DNA of 15,768 nt from assembly GCA_016930515.1 (NCBI GenBank), contig JAFGGO010000060.1, forward strand, positions 1 to 15,768. Reading direction: 5' to 3'. This DNA is from Promethearchaeota archaeon (lineage in GTDB: Archaea > Asgardarchaeota > Lokiarchaeia > Sigyniarchaeales > SOKP01). Positions 1 to 8,463 of the stretch are shown here, piece by piece. Made by a program: the position numbers and the translations under genes. Each line of letters begins with the position of its first letter. Position 1 is the stretch's first letter. Below the pieces are notes generated by a model that searched no databases, had not been told where the DNA came from, and saw nothing but the letters and a program-made list of their open reading frames with translations.

Positions 1-129
1 AAGACTTCCTTCGCTTTCATGAATAGTAATAAACATTTTTTATTATAAAAATCAAATGAGTCTAATGATTTTTAATAAAAAAATAGATCATAATATTTTT
101 TCAAGAAAACACATTCTAAATTAATATAT

Positions 130-1173
130 CTAATTTCCATCAGATGTGCCCCAAGTAAAATTCATACGTTCGATCTCGTATAAAAGACTCCCAATGTTAA
201 TAAATTCTTTTTTTGATATCAATTTTTCGAAGATTTTTAATGTTTCGTTATACTGTTTGATATCTTCCTCGTTAAAACAGTGATAAACGAGGTAATCAAT
301 GCCAGCTATAGTAGCAGATAACATTTGCAATAATGCCATGATAATTTTATTTCCTCCATAGGCTCCAGTGCCCCAATTACCCGTGTGAACGATGACAGGG
401 TTTTTCTTCGCATCTTGGATGTAAGACTCTATTCTCGCTGCTAAAAAAGCCGTGTGAGCCGTGTTAAATATTTCCGATATGGTTTTAAGCGAATATTCTC
501 CATTGCCGTATTTTGGAGCTTCCATCGCAATTATGTTTGACATCGTGGGAGGAGAAAGAACTCTCGTTGCCTTTTTAATGGCCATTTCGCTTGCGTTGCT
601 AAATTCCTTACCGTATAAACCGTTTGGCCTCCCATAAGACTGATCAGGATCGATAGAAATTTCTATTCGTCTCTGCGCTCCTCGAATCAATATTGGAGTA
701 GGAGATGCGTTAACATCCCTCGTGTACGGTCCGTATTTCGGATCTTTTGATTCAAGTTCTAACAAGCATTCTCTCAGTGATCCCAAGATAGGGTGTTCTG
801 CCACTTGCATTTCGTCCTGAGCAAACAACCCTCCTCCGTAATATCCAAAAAGATTTCGGTCAGCAAAGTTCATGTGCCATTCGATCGCGTTCAAGTCCGA
901 GAATCTAGACTGGTATTTATAAATATTTTGATCTATTAAATGTTGAGTTGTGAGTCCATTTTTGTCTAAATCTTCTGGCCAACTTATTTGAGACCATTTT
1001 GAAAATGTTAATTTTCCAATATGGACGCATCCAAGGGGACAAGCGATATTAAATGCTAGTTGCTTGTTATGATTAAAAAGTTTTGGAGGGAAGCGATTCA
1101 TCAAATCCGAAGCATCAAACTGTTCTCTTATAATTAAATTTTTCTTTTCTATCTCTTGTAAATCGTGATTCAT
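130..1173 (-). CDS. PARG-like macrodomain protein (putative poly/mono-ADP-ribose glycohydrolase)
   Basis: 347-aa ORF. NFADRNLFGYYGGGLFAQDE resembles the PARG catalytic loop (DFAN..GGG..QEE). TGNWGTGAYGGN matches the PARG diphosphate-binding loop TGNWGCGAFGG. Confidence 0.75.
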   Translation of the reverse strand: MNHDLQEIEKKNLIIREQFDASDLMNRFPPKLFNHNKQLAFNIACPLGCVHIGKLTFSKWSQISWPEDLDKNGLTTQHLIDQNIYKYQSRFSDLNAIEWHMNFADRNLFGYYGGGLFAQDEMQVAEHPILGSLRECLLELESKDPKYGPYTRDVNASPTPILIRGAQRRIEISIDPDQSYGRPNGLYGKEFSNASEMAIKKATRVLSPPTMSNIIAMEAPKYGNGEYSLKTISEIFNTAHTAFLAARIESYIQDAKKNPVIVHTGNWGTGAYGGNKIIMALLQMLSATIAGIDYLVYHCFNEEDIKQYNETLKIFEKLISKKEFINIGSLLYEIERMNFTWGTSDGN

Positions 1174-1199
1174 GGTTTTTCAATTATTATTTTCGTGAC

Positions 1200-1256
1200 T
1201 TATATAATGATTTAATATAAATTTTCTTTAATTATTTCAGATTTAATATGCATATT
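1200..1256. promoter_or_regulatory. Divergent promoter region between the PARG-like gene and purC
   Basis: TATA-like TTATATAA at 1200-1207 and a perfect 12-bp palindrome AATATGCATATT at 1245-1256. The AT-rich background limits certainty. Confidence 0.35.
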
Positions 1257-1285
1257 TTTTATGCGTTCCTCGATTAGTAAAGATC

Positions 1286-2266
1286 ATGACGATAGGAGAT
1301 ATGGACAATATCATAAAACTTCAATTAAACAAGACTTTAAAAGAGACAAATTTATCAATTCCCGGCGCAAAAATATATCAAGGTAAAGTTCGGGACAATT
1401 ACATCCTTGACGACAAGCGAATCATCGTGGCGACCGATAGGATTTCTGCTTTTGATAGGGTGATAACGACCATACCTTTTAAAGGAGAGCTTCTCAACCA
1501 AATTAGCAGTTTTTGGTTTGAAAAGACCAAACATATCGTGAAAAACCACATCATAGATATCCCTGACCCGAATGTTTCCGTCACCCATCAATGCGAGACC
1601 GTACCTATTGAAATGATAGTAAGGGCATACATCACGGGTACGGCGTGGCGCAAGTATTTGAAGGGTGAAAAGGTATCTGGAATCGAACTTCCAAAGGGCT
1701 TAACAAAAAACCAAAAACTCGACGATATCGTCTTGACCCCTTCAACCAAGGCAGAATCGGGACACGACATCTACATTTCAAGAGAGGAAATTCTAAAGCA
1801 AAATATCATAGATAAGGACATTTACGAACAAATGGAACAAGCCGCCTTGAAACTATTTAATTTCGGACAAGATTATTGTAAAAAAAATGGATTGATTTTA
1901 GTTGACACGAAATACGAGATGGGAATTAAAAACGGCGAGCTTATGGTCATCGACGAGATCCACACCCAAGATTCTTCGAGATTCTGGATTGCCGATACTT
2001 ACGATGATTTATTCGAAAAAGGTGAGGACCCTGAAATATTGGATAAGGAATTCTTTCGAGGTTGGTTAATGACCACCTATCCAGATGTTTTTCCAGACAT
2101 CAAACCCGAACAAGACATCCCACCAATTCGAGAAGATGTGAAGATAGAACTCGCAAAAAGATATTTTAGGAGCTACAAAAAGATAACGGGAACCGAATAC
2201 AAGCCCGAAGTTGCGAATGTAATGGAAAGAATTACTGAAAATTTAACGAAAGCGGGATATATCTAA
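1286..2266 (+). CDS. purC: Phosphoribosylaminoimidazole-succinocarboxamide (SAICAR) synthase, long form
   Basis: Motifs YQGKVRDNY, VATDRISAFD, IPFKGELLN, TPSTKA..GHD, LVDTKYEMG, DEIHTQDSSRFW and LDKEFFRGW. Alternative start at ATG 1301. Confidence 0.96.
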   Translation: MTIGDMDNIIKLQLNKTLKETNLSIPGAKIYQGKVRDNYILDDKRIIVATDRISAFDRVITTIPFKGELLNQISSFWFEKTKHIVKNHIIDIPDPNVSVTHQCETVPIEMIVRAYITGTAWRKYLKGEKVSGIELPKGLTKNQKLDDIVLTPSTKAESGHDIYISREEILKQNIIDKDIYEQMEQAALKLFNFGQDYCKKNGLILVDTKYEMGIKNGELMVIDEIHTQDSSRFWIADTYDDLFEKGEDPEILDKEFFRGWLMTTYPDVFPDIKPEQDIPPIREDVKIELAKRYFRSYKKITGTEYKPEVANVMERITENLTKAGYI

Positions 2267-2276
2267 CCAAAGTGGT

Positions 2277-2290
2277 AAACTTTTTATAAA
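2277..2290 (+). promoter_or_regulatory. Archaeal BRE/TATA promoter for a probably leaderless transcript of 2314-2532
   Basis: TTTATAAA at 2283-2290 ends 24 nt before ATG 2314. No SD sequence is visible. Confidence 0.55.
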
Positions 2291-2313
2291 ATAACAAGCG
2301 TATCTTTCATATT

Positions 2314-2532
2314 ATGATCTATGCTATTTTTTTAACAATTAGTTTCATTCTATTTTTAGGAGCAATTTGCTGCTTTATTTACGAAATAAAATCCTCTAAA
2401 GTCGATAGAACGAAGCAGATCGGTAAGAATCTTCCAAAATTCAGTCAATATAGCTTCATCTTAGCCATTTTAGCCTTGGTGATGCTCGTGTTTGCTTCGA
2501 TCCCCTACATGCAATCGAGTTTAGAGGTATGA
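2314..2532 (+). CDS. Small hypothetical membrane protein (2 predicted TM helices)
   Basis: 72 aa with two hydrophobic segments flanking a basic loop, and a correctly spaced TATA box upstream. Confidence 0.7.
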   Translation: MIYAIFLTISFILFLGAICCFIYEIKSSKVDRTKQIGKNLPKFSQYSFILAILALVMLVFASIPYMQSSLEV

Positions 2533-2747
2533 TACAGAAAGTTACCTTACAAATTGTATATTCACATCTTTATTAATATAAAGAACAATAAATCCATTAT
2601 TTGAAAAATATTTTGGTCCATTTGAGATCTTATTTTATATATCCTTCAGATTTAGACTTGATTTTCTTATTTGTTCATACCCTGCTTTCACTATTACCAA
2701 ATTAATAGCAATCAATTAAAATCAATCCTGCATTTTGCAAATTATCA

Positions 2748-3017
2748 ATGGATATTCATGAATTTATTGTTGAAGTTGTATTAGAAAATAAACCAGCAGC
2801 CCGAGATCCAGTAGGAACCGTTATTCAAAAGGACCTTCTGGCGAAAAAAGGGTTTGACATGGTTTCAAATGTGCGGTCAGGCCAATATTTAAGGTTTTAC
2901 CTCAAAGCGTCTGACGATAGAGATGCTAATAAGATCATTGAGAAAATTTGTAACGATCTTCGGATATTCAATCCAGTAACTCAAAATTTAACAATTTTAA
3001 AGGTATCAAAAAATTAA
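2748..3017 (+). CDS. purS: Phosphoribosylformylglycinamidine synthase subunit PurS
   Basis: 89 aa with motifs KP..RDPVG, VRSGQY and NPV, directly upstream of purQ-purL. Confidence 0.92.
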   Translation: MDIHEFIVEVVLENKPAARDPVGTVIQKDLLAKKGFDMVSNVRSGQYLRFYLKASDDRDANKIIEKICNDLRIFNPVTQNLTILKVSKN

Positions 3018-3029
3018 TTGCCAAATAAA

Positions 3030-3740
3030 ATGACAATAAAAATCGCTTGTATTCAATTTCCGGGTTCCAATTGCGATCTTGATACCATGCATGTGCTAAA
3101 TAATGTTATAGGCATAGAAACGCACTTAATATGGCATAATCAATTCAAAGAATCTGAGTTCGATGGGTGCGTGTTGCCTGGAGGTTTCTCGTTTGGAGAC
3201 TACTTACGATCTGGCATTATTGCTGCCCATAGTCCTGCGATCGAGGAAGCTCGCGTCATGCTTAAGGATGGAAGGCCCATCATTGGTATATGCAACGGAT
3301 TTCAGATTCTTACAGAAGCCCAATTTCTCCCAGGAGCATTGCTTGGAAACGATTCGTTAAAATTCGTGTGTAAATGGGTCAATATTAAGGTTGAAAACAC
3401 GAATACTGCGTTTACTAACAAGATGATTACAAGTTCCGTGTTAAAAATCCCCATAGCACACGGAGAAGGGCGTTATTTCTCAGAAAATTTGAAAGAACTC
3501 GAAGATAACGACCAAGTCGTTTTTAGATACTCTAACGAAAGTGGAGAAATTACCAATGAATCCAATCCTAATGGGTCCTTGGATAATATCGCTGGAGTAT
3601 GTAACCTTGAACAAAACTGCGTTGGACTCATGCCTCACCCCGAACGTGCCTCAGAATCGATCTTAAGCCCTACTGGAACAACGCACGGCAGGTTATTTTT
3701 TGAATCCATGATTGAGTTCATTAAAAGGAGGGTATCCTAA
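3030..3740 (+). CDS. purQ: Phosphoribosylformylglycinamidine synthase glutaminase subunit PurQ
   Basis: Motifs FPGSNCD, LPGGFSFGDYLRSG, GICNGFQIL (catalytic Cys), PIAHGEG, NPNGS and MPHPER. ATG 3030 is preferred over TTG 3018. Confidence 0.97.
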   Translation: MTIKIACIQFPGSNCDLDTMHVLNNVIGIETHLIWHNQFKESEFDGCVLPGGFSFGDYLRSGIIAAHSPAIEEARVMLKDGRPIIGICNGFQILTEAQFLPGALLGNDSLKFVCKWVNIKVENTNTAFTNKMITSSVLKIPIAHGEGRYFSENLKELEDNDQVVFRYSNESGEITNESNPNGSLDNIAGVCNLEQNCVGLMPHPERASESILSPTGTTHGRLFFESMIEFIKRRVS

Positions 3741-5986
3741 TGCCTAGAGTTGAAAACAAAGGTGACGAGTTAACGGTCGATCTGACCGAGAAAGAAATTA
3801 AGCAAATACAAGATTTGTTAAAAAGACCCCCCTCCTTGACAGAATGGGGCATGTTCGATGTAATGCACTCGGAACACTGTTCTTATAAATCTTCGCGTCC
3901 AAAATTAAAGACCTTTGAAAATGCCGAAGAGAATTACGATTATGTCTTGGCAGGGCCAGGTGAAGACGCAGGAGTCATAGATATTGGGGATGGTTATTGC
4001 TTGGCGTTCAGGATCGAGTCGCACAACCATCCTTCAGCAATCGAGCCGTATCACGGTGCTGCTACGGGAATTGGCGGCATCATCAGGGATATCTTGTGCA
4101 TGGGGGTGCGACCAATTGCGTTGCTCGACCCGTTGCGTTTTGGACCATTAAAGAACAATCCACACTCACAATGGTTATTTAAATATGTAGTAAAAGGCAT
4201 TGCGGATTATGGCAATTGCACGGGCATTCCAACCATTGGAGGAGAAGTCGAATTTGACAAGAGTTTTGAAAATAATTGCTTGGTAAATGTTGCTTGCATT
4301 GGCTTAGGAACTATTGAGGATTTCAAACACGCTCCAAGTAGAGCGTATAATCCGGGTGATTATATTGTCCTCATGGGCGGATCTACGGGTAGGGACGGCA
4401 TTCACGGAGTAACATTCGCCTCTCGAACTTTAACGGAGATGTCAGAAGCGGATAGACCTGCCGTACAAATAGGAGATCCATTTACAAAAAAGATGATAAT
4501 CGAAGCGACGATTGAAGCCATAAAAACGGGTTATGTGAGAGGACTGAAAGATTTAGGTGGCGGTGGGCTATCGTGTGCATTAAGCGAGCTAACTGGCGAT
4601 GGAGGCACCGGGGCACTAGTTGATATGAGCAAGATATTCACAAGGGAGCCGGGAATGAACTCGTTTGAAATCATGCTTTCAGAATCGCAAGAACGAATGG
4701 CTTTTATCGTGAAACCCGAGGGACTAGAAACGGTTTTAGAAGTATTTCGGAAGTACGAGACACCACATGCCGTTATAGGAAGAACTGACGATTCTAAAGT
4801 CTTAAAGATACGAGACGGAGAAAAACTCGTGGTCAACCTTCCAGCAACGGCCTTATCGGACGCACCAACGATTATTAGGGAAGAGAAACGACCAGATTAC
4901 TTGGATAATCTTTTAAACCAAAATACTCCAGAACCTTCATTGGAGTTGGAAGATATAATTAACCAATTGTTGGCGTCCGAAAATATTTGTAGTAAAGAAT
5001 GGGTATATAGACAGTATGACCACGAAGTAGGCGTTCGATCCGTTGTAAAATGTGGAGAGGGGGATTCTGGATTGTTGCGCATTATAGGTACCAATAAATT
5101 CATTGCGGCAAGCGTTGGATGCAATTCTAAGCATTGTTACCTCGATCCTTACGAAGGTGCCAAGTCGGCTTTGGTCGAAGTGTGTGGAAATGTAATAGCA
5201 AGCGGCGCCAAGCCAATGGCAATGGTGAATTGCTGCAATTTTGGTAATCCCGAAAAACCTGTGTCTTATTGGTATTTTTCAAAAGCAGTTGATGGAATGA
5301 ACGACTTCTGTAGGACTTTACGAATCCCAATTGTTGGAGGAAATGTTTCCTTGTACAACGAAGATGAGGTATCCAACACGGCAATCAAGCCCGCACCAGT
5401 CATAATGATCGTGGGAATTGTCGAGGGTCAAGAAAACATTATTACACTACCTTTTAAACAAGATGGAAATTACATCCTTCTCGTGGGGGAAACAAAAAAA
5501 GAATTAGGCGGCTCTGAATATCATTCTGTTGTATATGGATTGGAAGGTGGCGTACCACCTAAAATTGAGGAGGAGGAGATTAAGGCGACCTGGGAGTTAC
5601 TTGAACAGTTGTACATTTCAAAAATAGTCAAGGCAAACCATGATGTGAATAGGGGGGGTTTTATGGTAACTATCTCTGAAATGTGCTTTAAAAACAATTT
5701 AGGTGCCGTACTTGACCTTTCAGAAATAAAACCAAAAGATATAAGAGACGACCAATTTTTATTCAGCGAATCTGGAGGAAGATTCATACTGGAAATTGAT
5801 CCAGACGATTATGTAGAGGTTGAAAGACTAGCAACGATTAAAAAAGTATATGTACAAAAAATAGGAGTTTTAAGTTCTAATCCTCAAATAATTGTTAAAG
5901 GTTTGAAAACTAAGGATATTACGATTAATCTGAATAAATTAAAAAAATCTTACCAATCTACTATACCAAAATTAATGGAGACATGA
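3740..5986 (+). CDS. purL: Phosphoribosylformylglycinamidine synthase subunit PurL (small form)
   Basis: Motifs SEHCSYKSS, ESHNHPS, GAATGIGGIIRD, SESQERM, QYDHEVG, NFGNPE and GGNVSLYN. A TAATG overlap with purQ indicates translational coupling. Confidence 0.98.
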   Translation: MPRVENKGDELTVDLTEKEIKQIQDLLKRPPSLTEWGMFDVMHSEHCSYKSSRPKLKTFENAEENYDYVLAGPGEDAGVIDIGDGYCLAFRIESHNHPSAIEPYHGAATGIGGIIRDILCMGVRPIALLDPLRFGPLKNNPHSQWLFKYVVKGIADYGNCTGIPTIGGEVEFDKSFENNCLVNVACIGLGTIEDFKHAPSRAYNPGDYIVLMGGSTGRDGIHGVTFASRTLTEMSEADRPAVQIGDPFTKKMIIEATIEAIKTGYVRGLKDLGGGGLSCALSELTGDGGTGALVDMSKIFTREPGMNSFEIMLSESQERMAFIVKPEGLETVLEVFRKYETPHAVIGRTDDSKVLKIRDGEKLVVNLPATALSDAPTIIREEKRPDYLDNLLNQNTPEPSLELEDIINQLLASENICSKEWVYRQYDHEVGVRSVVKCGEGDSGLLRIIGTNKFIAASVGCNSKHCYLDPYEGAKSALVEVCGNVIASGAKPMAMVNCCNFGNPEKPVSYWYFSKAVDGMNDFCRTLRIPIVGGNVSLYNEDEVSNTAIKPAPVIMIVGIVEGQENIITLPFKQDGNYILLVGETKKELGGSEYHSVVYGLEGGVPPKIEEEEIKATWELLEQLYISKIVKANHDVNRGGFMVTISEMCFKNNLGAVLDLSEIKPKDIRDDQFLFSESGGRFILEIDPDDYVEVERLATIKKVYVQKIGVLSSNPQIIVKGLKTKDITINLNKLKKSYQSTIPKLMET

Positions 5987-5994
5987 AAAAATAG

Positions 5995-7413
5995 ATGTGC
6001 GGAATATTCGGAATGTGTTGCAATAATTTTTTGCATTCAGTTGCGGGAACCATTTACACGGGACTTATGGCATTGCAGCATAGAGGACAAAGGTCCTGTG
6101 GGATATCAACAACGCAATGCGATGGTAAAATTGTTGCTTTTAAGGATAAAGGGTTGGTTTCAAGAGTTCTTAATCTTAAGGTGCTAAGCTCGTTTTCTGG
6201 TAATGTAGGCATCGGACATGTGGGCGATAATACCCTCAAAAGCGCCCATCAAAATTATCTCCAACCATTTCATCATGAGTCGCAAAATATAGAGTTTTCT
6301 ATTGTAATGGACGGAGCGGTAACGAATTATAAAGAACTCAGAGAGGATTTGGAGACTCTTGGAATAATTTTTTCTGGAAATACCCATGTTGAATTGATAT
6401 CTGCTTTAATAGAACTCCTATACAAGATTTACAATAAAGACATTCTTCTAACCCTAATTAAAACGGTAGAGGCGCTTAAAGGAGCGTTTTCTGTCCTACT
6501 CATGACTTCTGGAGGAGAATTATTTGCATTTAGAGATCCCGTGGGATATACCCCATTATGCCACGGCGTTCTGGAAACACCTGGAAAATCAATTCGATTG
6601 GTCGCATCCGAGTCCAGCGCCTTGGATGTGTTAGGTTGCCAAGATATTTTCGATGTTAAACCAGGCGAGGTAGTCGAAATTCACCCAAATAAAAAGGTGA
6701 GAAAGCACCGAGCAGTTCCTCAAAAGAATGGCGGAATCTGCCATTTTGAGTTCGTAAACAACGCACGTCCCGACTCGGTCATTGAAGGGTTGCCAGTAGC
6801 AAACATTCGCTATAAATTAGGTAGAAACTTGGCAAAACTCGATATTATAAATTTTGATAATGCAATAGTGGTACCAATTCCCGATTCGGGAAGAAGCGCG
6901 GCCATGGGATATTCTTGGGAGTCTGGAATTCTGTATCAAGAAGGGTTGATGAAAAACAGGTACAGATGGAAAATTAACTGCGAGATTAAAGAAAAGCTAA
7001 ACCCAATCAAGGCAGTTATAGAAGGAAAGGACATCGTACTCATTGACGACTCCATTCTTTCTGGAAACACGCTAAAAGAAATAATATTGATGTTAAGAAC
7101 TGCGGGGGCCAACTCGGTTCACGTTCGTATAAGTTGTCCTCCAATCATTAACAAATGCGAAACCAATGGTAGTTTAAAAAGTAGAGACTTATTAATTGCT
7201 AGCAAAACCAAGATAGACCATTACGATAATTTCAACGAGGAAATGAGAACATACATCGGAGCCGACACGCTTGTGTACCAGTCAATCGAATGCTTTATCG
7301 ATGCTGTGGGTTTAGACGAGAATAACATGTGCTTGAGTTGCATAGCAGAATATTGCTTGGTCAAGGAAGAGGAAAGGTTAAACCACCTTGAAATCGACTT
7401 AATCGTCAAATAA
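5995..7413 (+). CDS. purF: Amidophosphoribosyltransferase (PurF) homologue, Fe-S type, with degenerate catalytic motifs
   Basis: N-terminal MCGIFG, plus LQHRGQ, ASES, ARPDS, PIPDSG, LIDDSILSGNT and C-terminal CLSC. Starts 8 nt after purL. Several conserved catalytic positions are altered (see findings). Confidence 0.85.
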   Translation: MCGIFGMCCNNFLHSVAGTIYTGLMALQHRGQRSCGISTTQCDGKIVAFKDKGLVSRVLNLKVLSSFSGNVGIGHVGDNTLKSAHQNYLQPFHHESQNIEFSIVMDGAVTNYKELREDLETLGIIFSGNTHVELISALIELLYKIYNKDILLTLIKTVEALKGAFSVLLMTSGGELFAFRDPVGYTPLCHGVLETPGKSIRLVASESSALDVLGCQDIFDVKPGEVVEIHPNKKVRKHRAVPQKNGGICHFEFVNNARPDSVIEGLPVANIRYKLGRNLAKLDIINFDNAIVVPIPDSGRSAAMGYSWESGILYQEGLMKNRYRWKINCEIKEKLNPIKAVIEGKDIVLIDDSILSGNTLKEIILMLRTAGANSVHVRISCPPIINKCETNGSLKSRDLLIASKTKIDHYDNFNEEMRTYIGADTLVYQSIECFIDAVGLDENNMCLSCIAEYCLVKEEERLNHLEIDLIVK

Positions 7414-7637
7414 TAAAATTAACTATCTTGACCTTAAAAATTACTCTTACTTTTGATTTATATTTTCCTGATTGCTCTAATCGAAGAGATCTCGCATGTC
7501 AATCCCAAGAAAAAAAGTTACATATAAATATTTATCCTATTATATTTTAATTGGATAAGTTTTATATTTTAGGTAATATATACAATAATTGGTACTAACA
7601 ATTTAGTATCGAAAAAACACTACTAATAGGGATATTT

Positions 7638-7841
7638 ATGAGAGCACGAGCTTGTACGAAATGCAAAACATACGCTGTAATTCATGCTAATAATCCCGTG
7701 AGCCTGAACAGGATAAAAGCCTTCGAAAAAGTTCACTCAGGGCATTCGCTTGTTACCGTTGATTACTTCGAAATTAAAGACGAATACAAGCGATTTAACG
7801 AAAACGAGGCTCCAAGCGTGGAAAAACCAGTCGTATCCTAA
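7638..7841 (+). CDS. Small hypothetical protein, putative zinc-binding (CxxC...HxxH)
   Basis: 67 aa with CTKC and HSGH. TATA-like TTTTTATA near 7560 upstream and a pyrimidine/U-rich tract after the stop. Confidence 0.8.
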   Translation: MRARACTKCKTYAVIHANNPVSLNRIKAFEKVHSGHSLVTVDYFEIKDEYKRFNENEAPSVEKPVVS

Positions 7842-8023
7842 GTTTATCTCTTCTTTTTTATGACCTTTATCTTTTTGTTTTTAGATAATCATCTTCTTAA
7901 CATTCGATGAAATTCAAACGAAAATAGACTTTAGTTCTTCTATTGACATGTTATATATTCAAGGCAAGGACGAGTCATTTACAATTAGCAATAATCAAGG
8001 ATCCTAAAGAGCACTAGCGACTT

Positions 8024-8169
8024 TTAAGGGAGGTCCCTGCCGTCGCGACCAGGGTGCGGTCGAAATAATATAAAAAAAAGTAAGGGTGAAAATCCACGAG
8101 TTCACTCGCATTAACCAAAAGACAAAAATCCAGGGTTGACCACAGGGACCATTGTTATGATTTTTTTTT
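8024..8169. ncRNA. Candidate structured ncRNA, element 1 (multi-branched, about 120-nt core)
   Basis: GGTCCCTG (8032-8039) pairs with CAGGGACC (8143-8150), and GTC pairs with GAC. Internal hairpins: CGACC/GGTCG (8046-8062), GGGTGAA/TTCACTC (8084-8107), AACC/GGTT (8113-8137). T9 at 8161-8169. GC-rich island in AT-rich intergenic DNA with no credible ORF. Confidence 0.55.
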
Positions 8170-8463
8170 GGTTCTATTTACCTGTTAATATAAAATCTAA
8201 CTTCTAATCTTCTATAAATAAATAATTTTATAAGATACCATAAAAATGAATGTGGAATGAAAGTGAAGGAAAATTGGATTTAAAAAAAAATTATAAAAAT
8301 TAAGGATTAATAAGAGATATTTTATTTTTTAAAATCTTGTTAATTTGTATTTATCTTAAAAAATTCACAAATTATGGTTATCGTAAAAATTAATAATCAC
8401 ATATTTCATTGGTTCTAAATAGATCAAAAATAAAGTTTTAACCGTTTCTAATCCATAATCAAT

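Noticed and set aside
2533-2747. Purine, ZTP or PRPP riboswitch upstream of purS
   Set aside because: Very AT-rich, with no stable stems or consensus nucleotides.
1355-7409. Short antisense or alternate-frame ORFs inside the pur genes (e.g. 1355-1591, 3163-3360, 4531-4836, 5127-5384, 6054-6387, 7221-7409)
   Set aside because: They lie entirely within well-conserved genes and show no motifs; shadow ORFs.
8051-8091. AGGGTGCGGT and GTAAGGGTGAAA resemble pieces of bacterial RNase P RNA
   Set aside because: The order is reversed relative to RNase P, and the universally conserved P4 halves (GAGGAAnnUC and AnAGAAnnnGnnUA) are absent.
8032-8151. tRNA, tRNA-Sec, 5S rRNA or SRP identity for element 1 (acceptor-like stem ending ACCA, TTCA loop)
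   Set aside because: No T-loop or D-loop at the proper positions, no 7-nt anticodon loop, no 5S CCGAAC motif and no SRP helix-8 motif.
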